A stretch of 64,000 nucleotides of DNA from Auanema rhodensis (lineage: Eukaryota; Animalia; Nematoda), in the NCBI GenBank assembly GCA_964057225.1, contig OZ059896.1, forward strand, positions 930,001-994,000. The letters are read 5' to 3'. Position 1 is the first letter of the stretch. Each line of letters starts with the position of its first letter. The position numbers were made by a program, and so were the translations under genes. The notes under the pieces were generated by a model that saw nothing but the letters and a program-made list of their open reading frames with translations, was not told the origin of the DNA and did not search any database. Shown one piece after another: positions 13,901-26,750 of the stretch.

Positions 13901-16900
13901 CTTGGTATGTAACTCGCTTCACTTGAAAGATAAAGAGATGCGGTTTTCAAAATTAGATTCCCCATGTCCATATTAGTCTAAAAACAAATTTTTATTGATA
14001 TTGGTGCATGGTAACCATGAGTTTGAAATTTACGTGAACTTTAATTTATGCTAATTAAATGTACACGTGATGTGCACTAGGTATGTAACTCGCTTCACGT
14101 GAAAGATAAAGAGATGCGGTTTTCAAAATTAGATTCCCCATGTCCATATTAGTCTAAAAACAATTTTTAATGATATTGGTGCATGGTAACCATGACTTTG
14201 AAATTTACGTGAACTTTAATTTATGCTAATTAAGTGTACACGTGATGTGCACTTGGTATGTAACTCGCTTCACGTGAAAGATAAAGAGATGCGGTTTTCA
14301 AAATTAGATTCCCCATGTCCATATTAGTCTAAAAACAAATTTTTATTAATATTGGTGCATGGTAACCATGACTTTGAAATTTACGTGAACTTTAATTTAT
14401 GCTAATTAAATGTACACGTGATGTGCACTTTATATGTAACTCGCTTCACGTGAAAGATAAAGAGATGTGGTTTTCAAAATTAGAATCCCCATGTCCATAT
14501 TAGTTTGAAAACAAATTTTTATTGATATTGGTTCATGGTAACCATGACTTTGAAATTTACGTGAACTTTCATTAATGCTAATTAAATGTACACGTGATGT
14601 GCACTTGGTATGTAACTCGCTTCACTTGAAAGATAAAGAGATGCGGTTTTCAAAATTAGATTCCCCATGTCCATATTAGTCTAAAAACAAATTTTTATTG
14701 ATATTGGTTCATGGTAACCATGACTTTGAAACTTACGTGAACTTTAATTTATGCTAATTAAATGTACACGTGATGTGCACTTTATATGTAACTCGCTTCA
14801 CGTGAAAGATAAAGAGATGCGGTTCTCAAAATTAGATTCCCCATGTCCATATTAGTCTAAAAACAAACTTTCATTGATATTGGTGCATGGTAACCATGAC
14901 TTTGAAATTTACGTGAACTTTAATTTATGCTAATTAAGTGTACACGTGATGTGCACTTGGTATGTAACTCGCTTCACGTGAAAGATAAAGAGATGCGGTT
15001 TTCAAAATTAGATTCCCCATGTCCATATTAGTCTAAAAACAAATTTTTATTAATATTGGTGCATGGTAACCATGACTTTGAAATTTACGTGAACTTTAAT
15101 TTATGCTAATTAAATGTACACGTGATGTGCACTTTATATGTAACTCGCTTCACGTGAAAGATAAAGAGATGTGGTTTTCAAAATTAGATTCCCCATGTCC
15201 ATATTAGTCTAAAAACAAATTTTTATTGATATTGGTTCATGGTAACCATGACTTTGAAATTTACGTGAACTTTAATTTATGCTAATTAAATGTACACGTG
15301 ATGTGCACTAGGTATGTAACTCGCTTCACGTGAAAGATAAAGAGATGCGGTTTTCAAAATTAGATTCCCCATGTCCATATTAGTTTGAAAACAAATTTTT
15401 ATTGATATTGGTTCATGGTAACCATGACTTTGAAATTTACGTGAACTTTCATTAATGCTAATTAAATGTACACGTGATGTGCACTTGGTATGTAACTCGC
15501 TTCACTTGAAAGATAAAGAGATGCGGTTTTCAAAATTAGATTCCCCATGTCCATATTAGTCTAAAAACAAATTTTTATTGATATTGGTTCATGGTAACCA
15601 TGACTTTGAAACTTACGTGAACTTTAATTTATGCTAATTAAATGTACACGTGATGTGCACTTTATATGTAACTCGCTTCACGTGAAAGATAAAGAGATGC
15701 GGTTCTCAAAATTAGATTCCCCATGTCCATATTAGTCTAAAAACAAACTTTCATTGATATTGGTGCATGGTAACCATGACTTTGAAATTTACATGAACTT
15801 TAATTTATGCTAATTAAATGTACACGTGATGTGCACTTGGTATGTAACTCGCTTCACGTAAAAGATAAAGAGATGCAGTTTTCAAAATTAGATTCCCCAT
15901 GTCCATATTAGTCTAAAAACAAATTTTTATTGATATTGGTTCATGGTAACCATGACTTTGAAATTTACGTGAACTTTAATTTATGCTAATTAAATGTACA
16001 CGTGATGTGCACTTGGTATGTAACTCGCTTCACTTGAAAGATAAAGAGATGCGGTTTTCAAAATTAGATTCCCCATGTCCAAATTAGTCTAAAAACAAAT
16101 TTTTATTGATATTGGTTCATGGTAACCATGACTTTGAAATTTACGTGAACTTTAATTTATGCTAATTAAATGTACACGTGATGTGCACTTGGTATGTAAC
16201 TCGCTTCACGTGAAAGATAAAGAGATGCAGTTTTCAAAATTAGATTCCCCATGTCCATATTAGTCTAAAAACAAATTTTTATTGATATTGGTTCATGGTA
16301 ACCATGACTTTGAAATTTACGTGAACTTTAATTTATGCTAATTAAATGTACACGTGATGTGCACTTGGTATGTAACTCGCTTCACGTGAAAGATAAAGAG
16401 ATGCGGTTTTCAAAATTAGATTCCCCATGTCCAAATTAGTCTAAAAACAAATTTTTATTGATATTGGTTCATGGTAACCATGAATTTGAAATTTACGTGA
16501 ACTTTAATTTATGCTAATTAAATGTACACGTGATGTGCACTTGGTATGTAACTCGCTTCACTTGAAAGATAAAGAGATGCGGTTTTCAAAATTAGATTCC
16601 CCATGTCCATATTAGTCTAAAAACAAATTTTTATTGATATTGGTTCATGGTAACCATGACTTTGAAATTTACGTGAACTTTAATTTATGCTAATTAAATG
16701 TACACGTGATGTGCACTTGGTATGTAACTCGCCTCACGTGAAAGATAAAGAGATGCGGTTTTCAAAATTAGATTCCCCATGTCCATATTAGTCTAAAAAC
16801 AATTTTTAATGATATTGGTGCATGGTAACCATGACTTTGAAATTTACGTGAACTTTAATTTATGCTAATTAAGTGTACACGTGATGTGCACTTGGTATGT

Positions 16901-17986
16901 AACTCGCTTCACGTGAAAGATAAAGAGATGCGGTTTTCAAAATTAGATTCCCCATGTCCATATTAGTCTAAAAACAAATTTTTATTAATATTGGTGCATG
17001 GTAACCATGACTTTGAAATTTACGTGAACTTTAATTTATGCTAATTAAATGTACACGTGATGTGCACTTTATATGTAACTCGCTTCACGTGAAAGATAAA
17101 GAGATGTGGTTTTCAAAATTAGATTCCCCATGTCCATATTAGTCTAAAAACAAATTTTTATTGATATTGGTTCATGGTAACCATGACTTTGAAATTTACG
17201 TGAACTTTAATTTATGCTAATTAAATGTACACGTGATGTGCACTAGTTATGTAACTCGCTTCACGTGAAAGATAAAGAGATGCGGTTTTCAAAATTAGAA
17301 TCCCCATGTCCATATTAGTTTGAAAACAAATTTTTATTGATATTGGTTCATGGTAACCATGACTTTGAAATTTACGTGAACTTTCATTAATGCTAATTAA
17401 ATGTACACGTGATGTGCACTTGGTATGTAACTCGCTTCACTTGAAAGATAAAGAGATGCGGTTTTCAAAATTAGATTCCCCATGTCCATATTAGTCTAAA
17501 AACAAATTTTTATTGATATTGGTGCATGGTAACCATGAGTTTGAAATTTACGTGAACTTTAATTTATGCTAATTAAATGTACACGTGATGTGCACTAGGT
17601 ATGTAACTCGCTTCACGTGAAAGATAAAGAGATGCGGTTTTCAAAATTAGATTCCCCATGTCCATATTAGTCTAAAAACAATTTTTAATGATATTGGTGC
17701 ATGGTAACCATGACTTTGAAATTTACGTGAACTTTAATTTATGCTAATTAAGTGTACACGTGATGTGCACTTGGTATGTAACTCGCTTCACGTGAAAGAT
17801 AAAGAGATGCGGTTTTCAAAATTAGATTCCCCATGTCCATATTAGTCTAAAAACAAATTTTTATTAATATTGGTGCATGGTAACCATGACTTTGAAATTT
17901 ACGTGAACTTTAATTTATGCTAATTAAATGTACACGTGATGTGCACTTTATATGTAACTCGCTTCACGTGAAAGATAAAGAGATGT
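10951..17986. repeat. Tandem duplication of a 20-monomer block of satellite A (2 x 3518 bp)
   Basis: Rare variants recur at offset 3518 (20x176-2): CACGTAAAAG followed by GCAG at 12341/15859 and CACTAGTTAT at 13723/17241. The 1-bp-deleted CAATTTTTAATG monomer occurs twice per copy. Confidence 0.9.
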
Positions 17987-20900
17987 GGTTTTCAAAATTA
18001 GATTCCCCATGTCCATATTAGTCTAAAAACAAATTTTTATTGATATTGGTTCATGGTAACCATGACTTTGAAATTTACGTGAACTTTAATTTATGCTAAT
18101 TAAATGTACACGTGATGTGCACTAGGTATGTAACTCGCTTCACGTGAAAGATAAAGAGATGCGGTTTTCAAAATTAGAATCCCCATGTCCATATTAGTTT
18201 GAAAACAAATTTTTATTGATATTGGTTCATGGTAACCATGACTTTGAAATTTACGTGAACTTTCATTAATGCTAATTAAATGTACACGTGATGTGCACTT
18301 GGTATGTAACTCGCTTCACTTGAAAGATAAAGAGATGCGGTTTTCAAAATTAGATTCCCCATGTCCATATTAGTCTAAAAACAAATTTTTATTGATATTG
18401 GTGCATGGTAACCATGACTTTGAAATTTACGTGAACTTTAATTTATGCTAATTAAGTGTACACGTGATGTGCACTTGGTATGTAACTCGCTTCACGTGAA
18501 AGATAAAGAGATGCGGTTTTCAAAATTAGATTCCCCATGTCCATATTAGTCTAAAAACAAATTTTTTTATAATATTGGTGCATGGTAACCATGACTTTGA
18601 AATTTACGTGAACTTTAATTTATGCTAATTAAATGTACACGTGATGTGCACTTTATATGTAACTCGCTTCACGTGAAAGATAAAGAGATGCGGTTTTCAA
18701 AATTAGATTCCCCATGTCCCTATTAGTCTAAAAACAAATTTTTATTGATATTGGTTCATGGTAACCATGACTTTGAAATTTACGTGAACTTTAATTTATG
18801 CTAATTAAATGTACACGTGATGTGCACTTGGTATGTAACTCGCTTCACTTGAAAGATAAAGAGATGCGGTTTTCAAAATTAGATTCCCCATGTCCAAATT
18901 AGTCTAAAAACAAATTTTTATTGATATTGGTTCATGGTAACCATGACTTTGAAATTTACGTGAACTTTAATTTATGCTAATTAAATGTACACGTGATGTG
19001 CACTAGGTATGTAACTCGCTTCACGTGAAAGATAAAGAGATGCGGTTTTCAAAATTAGATTCCCCATGTCCATATTAGTTTAAAAACAAATTTTTATTGA
19101 TATTGGTTCATGGTAACCATGACTTTGAAATTTACGTGAACTTTAATTTATGCTAATTAAATGTACACGTGATGTGCACTTGGTATGTAACTCGCTTCAC
19201 TTGAAAGATAAAGAGATGCGGTTTTCAAAATTAGATTCCCCATGTCCAAATTAGTCTAAAAACAAATTTTTATTGATATTGGTTCATGGTAACCATGAAT
19301 TTGAAATTTACGTGAACTTTAATTTATGCTAATTAAATGTACACGTGATGTGCACTTGGTATGTAACTCGCTTCACTTGAAAGATAAAGAGATGCGGTTT
19401 TCAAAATTAGATTCCCCATGTCCATATTAGTCTAAAAACAAATTTTTATTGATATTGGTTCATGGTAACCATGACTTTGAAATTTACGTGAACTTTAATT
19501 TATGCTAATTAAATGTACACGTGATGTGCACTTGGTATGTAACTCGCCTCACGTGAAAGATAAAGAGATGCGGTTTTCAAAATTAGATTCCCCATGTCCA
19601 TATTAGTCTAAAAACAAATTTTTATTGATATTGGTGCATGGTAACCATGACTTTGAAATTTACGTGAACTTTAATTTATGCTAATTAAGTGTACACGTGA
19701 TGTGCACTTGGTATGTAACTCGCTTCACGTGAAAGATAAAGAGATGCGGTTTTCAAAATTAGATTCCCCATGTCCATATTAGTCTAAAAACAAATTTTTA
19801 TTAATATTGGTGCATGGTAACCATGACTTTGAAATTTACGTGAACTTTAATTTATGCTAATTAAATGTACACGTGATGTGCACTTTATATGTAACTCGCT
19901 TCACGTGAAAGATAAAGAGATGTGGTTTTCAAAATTAGATTCCCCATGTCCATATTAGTCTAAAAACAAATTTTTATTGATATTGGTTCATGGTAACCAT
20001 GACTTTGAAATTTACGTGAACTTTAATTTATGCTAATTAAATGTACACGTGATGTGCACTAGGTATGTAACTCGCTTCACGTGAAAGATAAAGAGATGCG
20101 GTTTTCAAAATTAGAATCCCCATGTCCATATTAGTTTGAAAACAAATTTTTATTGATATTGGTTCATGGTAACCATGACTTTGAAATTTACGTGAACTTT
20201 CATTAATGCTAATTAAATGTACACGTGATGTGCACTTGGTATGTAACTCGCTTCACTTGAAAGATAAAGAGATGCGGTTTTCAAAATTAGATTCCCCATG
20301 TCCATATTAGTTTAAAAACAAATTCTTATTGATATTGGTTCATGGTAACCATGACTTTGAAATTTACGTGAACTTTAATTTATGCTAATTAAGTGTACAC
20401 GTGATGTGCACTTGGTATGTAACTCGCTTCACGTGAAAGATAAAGAGATGCGGTTTTCAAAATTAGATTCCCCATGTCCATATTAGTCTAAAAACAAATT
20501 TTTATTGATATTGGTTCATGGTAACCATGACTTTGAAATTTACGTGAACTTCAATTTATGCTAATTAAATGTACACGTGATGTGCACTTGGTATGTAACT
20601 CGCCTCACGTGAAAGATAAAGAGATGCGGTTTTCAAAATTAGATTCCCCATGTCCATATTAGTCTAAAAACAAATTTTTATTGATATTGGTGCATGGTAA
20701 CCATGACTTTGAAATTTACGTGAACTTTAATTTATGCTAATTAAGTGTACACGTGATGTGCACTTGGTATGTAACTCGCTTCACGTGAAAGATAAAGAGA
20801 TGCGGTTTTCAAAATTAGATTCCCCATGTCCATATTAGTCTAAAAACAAATTTTTATTAATATTGGTGCATGGTAACCATGACTTTGAAATTTACGTGAA

Positions 20901-23229
20901 CTTTAATTTATGCTAATTAAATGTACACGTGATGTGCACTTTATATGTAACTCGCTTCACGTGAAAGATAAAGAGATGTGGTTTTCAAAATTAGATTCCC
21001 CATGTCCATATTAGTCTAAAAACAAATTTTTATTGATATTGGTTCATGGTAACCATGACTTTGAAATTTACGTGAACTTTAATTTATGCTAATTAAATGT
21101 ACACGTGATGTGCACTAGGTATGTAACTCGCTTCACGTGAAAGATAAAGAGATGCGGTTTTCAAAATTAGAATCCCCATGTCCATATTAGTTTGAAAACA
21201 AATTTTTATTGATATTGGTTCATGGTAACCATGACTTTGAAATTTACGTGAACTTTCATTAATGCTAATTAAATGTACACGTGATGTGCACTTGGTATGT
21301 AACTCGCTTCACTTGAAAGGTAAAGAGATGCGGTTTTCAAAATTAGATTCCCCATGTCCATATTAGTTTAAAAACAAATTCTTATTGATATTGGTTCATG
21401 GTAACCATGACTTTGAAATTTACGTGAACTTTAATTTATGCTAATTAAATGTACACGTGATGTGCACTTGGTATGTAACTCGCTTCACGTGGAAGATAAG
21501 AGATGCGGTTTTCAAAATTAGATTCCCCATGTCCATATTAGTCTAAAAACAAATTTTTATTGATATTGGTGCATGGTAACCATGAGTTTGAAATTTACGT
21601 GAACTTTAATTTATGCTAATTAAATGTACACGTGATGTGCACTTGGTATGTAACTCGCTTCACTTGAAAGATAAAGAGATGCGGTTTTCAAAATTAGATT
21701 CCCCATGTCCATATTAGTTTAAAAACAAATTCTTATTGATATTGGTTCATGGTAACCATGACTTTGAAATTTACGTGAACTTTAATTTATGCTAATTAAA
21801 TGTACACGTGATGTGCACTTGGTATGTAACTCGCTTCACGTGAAAGATAAAGAGATGCGGTTTTCAAAATTAGATTCCCCATGTCCATATTAGTTTAAAA
21901 ACAAATTCTTATTGATATTGGTTCATGGTAACCATGACTTTGAAATTTACGTGAATTTTAATTTATGCTAATTAAATGTACACGTGATGTGCACTTGGTA
22001 TGTAACTCGCTTCACTTGAAAGATAAAGAGATGCGGTTTTCAAAATTAGATTCCCCATGTCCATATTAGTTTAAAAACAAATTCTTATTGATATTGGTTC
22101 ATGGTAACCATGACTTTGAAATTTACGTGAACTTTAATTTATGCTAATTAAATGTACACGTGATGTGCACTTGGTATGTAACTCGCTTCACGTGAAAGAT
22201 AAAGAGATGCGGTTTTCAAAATTAGATTCCCCATGTCCATATTAGTTTAAAAACAAATTCTTATTGATATTGGTTCATGGTAACCATGACTTTGAAATTT
22301 ACGTGAACTTTAATTTATGCTAATTAAATGTACACGTGATGTGCACTTGGTATGTAACTCGCTTCACGTGAAAGATAAAGAGATGCGGTTTTCAAAATTA
22401 GATTCCCCATGTCCATATTAGTTTAAAAACAAATTCTTATTGATATTGGTTCATGGTAACCATGACTTTGAAATTTACGTGAATTTTAATTTATGCTAAT
22501 TAAATGTACACGTGATGTGCACTTGGTATGTAACTCGCTTCACTTGAAAGATAAAGAGATGCGGTTTTCAAAATTAGATTCCCCATGTCCATATTAGTTT
22601 AAAAACAAATTCTTATTGATATTGGTTCATGGTAACCATGACTTTGAAATTTACGTGAACTTTAATTTATGCTAATTAAATGTACACGTGATGTGCACTT
22701 GGTATGTAACTCGCTTCACGTGAAAGATAAAGAGATGCGGTTTTCAAAATTAGATTCCCCATGTCCATATTAGTCTAAAAACAAATTTTTATTGATATTG
22801 GTTCATGGTAACCATGACTTTGAAATTTACGTGAACTTTAATTTATGCTAATTAAATGTACACGTGATGTGCACTTGGTATGTAACTCGCTTCACGTGAA
22901 AGATAAAGAGATGCGGTTTTCAAAATTAGATTCCCCATGTCCATATTAGTTTAAAAACAAATTTTTATTGATATTGGTTCATGGTAACCATGACTTTGAA
23001 ATTTACGTGAACTTTAATTTATGCTAATTAAATGTACACGTGATGTGCACTTGGTATTTAACTCGCTTCACTTGAAAGATAAAGAGATGCGGTTTTCAAA
23101 ATTAGATTCCCCATGTCCATATTAGTCTAAAAACAAATTTTTATTGATATTGGTTCATGGTAACCATGACTTTGAAATTTACGTGAACTTTAATTTATGC
23201 TAATTAAATGTACACGTGATGTGTACTTG

Positions 23230-26200
23230 GTATGTAACTCGCTTCACGTGAAAGATAAAGAGATGCGGTTTTCAAAATTAGAATCCCCATGTCCATATTA
23301 GTTTGAAAACAAATTTTTATTGATATTGGTGCATGGTAACCATGAGTTTGAAATTTACGTGAACTTTAATTTATGCTAATTAAATGTACACGTGATGTGC
23401 ACTTGGTATGTAACTCGCTTCACGTGGAAGATAAAGAGATGCGGTTTTTAAAAATGGATTCTCCATGTCCATATTAGTCTAAAACAAATTTTTATTGATA
23501 TTGGTGCATGGTAACCATGACTTTGAAATTTACGTGAACTTTAATTTATGCTAATTAAATGTACACGTGATGTGCACTTGGTATATAACTCGCTTCACGT
23601 GAAAGATAAAGAGATGCGGTTTTCAAAATTAGATTCCCCATGTCCATATTAGTCTAAAAACAAAATTTTATTGATATTGGTGCATGGTAACCATGAGTTT
23701 GAAATTTACGTGAACTTTAATTTATGCTAATTAAATGTACACGTGATGTGCACTTGGTATGTAACTCGCTTCACGTGAAAGATAAAGAGATGCGGTTTTC
23801 AAAATTAGATTCCCCATGTCCATATTAGTCTAAAAACAAAATTTTATTGATATTGGTGCATGGTAACCATGACTTTGAAATTTACGTGAACTTTAATTTA
23901 TGCTAATTAAATGTACACGTGATGTGCACTTGGTATGTAACTCGCTTCACGTGAAAGATAAAGAGATGCGGTTTTTAAAAATAGATTCTCCATGTCCATA
24001 TTAGTCTAAAAACAAATTTTTATTGATATTGGTGCATGGTAACCATGAGTTTGAAATTTACGTGAACTTTAATTTATGCTAATTAAATGTACACGTGATG
24101 TGCACTTGGTATGTAACTCGCTTCACGTGAAAGATAAAGAGATGCGGTTTTCAAAATTAGATTCTCCATGTCCATATTAGTCTAAAAACAAATTTTTATT
24201 GATATTGGTGCATGGTAACCATGAGTTTGAAATTTACGTGAACTTTAATTTATGCTAATTAAATGTACACGTGATGTGCACTTGGTATGCAACTCGCTTC
24301 ACGTGAAAGATAAAGAGATGCGGTTTTCAAAATTAGATTCCCCATGTCCATATTAGTCTAAAAACAAAATTTTATTGATATTGGTGCATGGTAACCATGA
24401 CTTTGAAATTTACGTGAACTTTAATTTATGCTAATTAAATGTACACGTGATGTGCACTTGGTATGTAACTCGCTTCACGTGAAAGATAAAAAGATGCGGT
24501 TTTCAAAATTAGATTCCCCATGTCCATATTAGTCTAAAAACAAAATTTTATTGATATTGGTGCATGGTAACCATGACTTTGAATTTTACGTGAACTTTAA
24601 TTTATGCTAATTAAATGTACACGTGATGTGCACTTGGTATGTAACTCGCTTCACGTGAAAGATAAAGAGATGCGGTTTTCAAAATTAGAATCCCCATGTC
24701 CATATTAGTTTGAAAACAAATTTTTTTTGATATTGGTGCATGGTAACCATGAGTTTGAAATTTACGTGAACTTTAATTTATGCTAATTAAATGTACACGT
24801 GATGTGCACTTGGTATGTAACTCGCTTCACGTGGAAGATAAAGAGATGCGGTTTTTAAAAATGGATTCTCCATGTCCATATTAGTCTAAAAACAAATTTT
24901 TATTGATATTGGTGCATGGTAACCATGACTTTGAAATTTACGTGAACTTTAATTTATGCTAATTAAATGTACACGTGATGTGCACTTGGTATGTAACTCG
25001 CTTCACGTGAAAGATAAAGAGATGCGGTTCTCAAAATTAGATTCCCCATGTCCATATTAGTCTAAAAACAAAATTTTATTGATATTGGTGCATGGTAACC
25101 ATGAGTTTGAAATTTACGTGAACTTTAATTTATGCTAATTAAATGTACACGTGATGTGCACTTGGTATGTAACTCGCTTCACGTGAAAGATAAAGAGATG
25201 CGGTTTTCAAAATTAGATTCCCCATGTCCATATTAGTCTAAAAACAAAATTTTATTGATATTGGTGCATGGTAACCATGACTTTGAAATTTACGTGAACT
25301 TTAATTTATGCTAATTAAATGTACACGTGATGTGCACTTGGTATGTAACTCGCTTCACGTGAAAGATAAAGAGATGCGTTTTTCAAAATTAGATTCCCCA
25401 TGTCCATATTAGTCTAAAAACAAATTTTTATTGATATTGGTGCATGGTAACCATGAGTTTGAAATTTACGTGAACTTTACTTTATGCTAATTAAATGTAC
25501 ACGTGATGTGCATTTGGTATGTAACTCGCTTCGCGTGAAAGATAAATAGATGCGGTTTTCAAAATTAGATTCCCCATGTCCATATTAGTCAAAAAACAAA
25601 TATTCATTGATATTGGTTCATGGTAACCATGACTTTGAAAATTACGTGAACTTTAATTTATGCTAATTAAATGTACACGTGATGTGCACTTGGTATGTAA
25701 CTCGCTTCACGTGAAAGATAAAGAGATGCGGTTCTCAAAATTAGATTCCCCATGTCCATATTAGTCAAAAAACAAATATTCATTGATATTGGTTCATGGT
25801 AACCATGAGTTTGAAATTTACGTGAACTTTAATTTATGCTAATTAAATGTACACGTGATGTGCACTTGGTATGTAACTCGCTTCACGTGAAAGATAAAGA
25901 GATGCGGTTTTTAAAAATAGATTCTCCATGTCCATATTAGTCTAAAAACAAATTTTTATTGATATTGGTGCATGGTAACCATGAGTTTGAAATTTACGTG
26001 AACTTTAATTTATGCTAATTAAATGTACACGTGATGTGCACTTGGTATGTAACTCGCTTCACGTGAAAGATAAAGAGATGCGGTTTTCAAAATTAGATTC
26101 TCCATGTCCATATTAGTCTAAAAACAAATTTTTATTGATATTGGTGCATGGTAACCATGAGTTTGAAATTTACGTGAACTTTAATTTATGCTAATTAAAT

Positions 26201-26750
26201 GTACACGTGATGTGCACTTGGTATGTAACTCGCTTCACGTGAAAGATAAAGAGATGCGGTTTTCAAAATTAGATTCCCCATGTCCATATTAGTCTAAAAA
26301 CAAAATTTTATTGATGTTGGTGCATGGTAACCATGACTTTGAAATTTACGTGAACTTTAATTTATGCTAATTAAATGTACACGTGATGTGCACTTGGTAT
26401 GTAACTCGCTTCACGTGAAAGATAAAGAGATGCGGTTTTTAAAATTAGATTCTCCATGTCCATATTAGTCTAAAAACAAAATTTTATTGATATTGGTGCA
26501 TGGTAACCATGACTTTGAAATTTACGTGAACTTTAATTTATGCTAATTAAATGTACACGTGATGTGCACTTGGTATGTAACTCGCTTCACGTGAAAGATA
26601 AAGAGATGCGGTTTTTAAAAATAGATTCTCCATGTCCATATTAGTCTAAAAACAAATTTTTATTGATATTGGTGCATGGTAACCATGAGTTTGAAATTTA
26701 CGTGAACTTTAATTTATGCTAATTAAATGTACACGTGATGTGCACTTGGT
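23230..26750. repeat. Long-range copy of the ~1050-4600 block of satellite A (offset ~22.17 kb, 126 monomers)
   Basis: Shared ordered markers: TCTAAAACAA deletion (~1301/~23478), GGTATATAAC (1406/23583), AAATTTTTTTTGA (2541/24718) and GATGTTGG (4141/26312). Boundaries are approximate. Confidence 0.8.
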
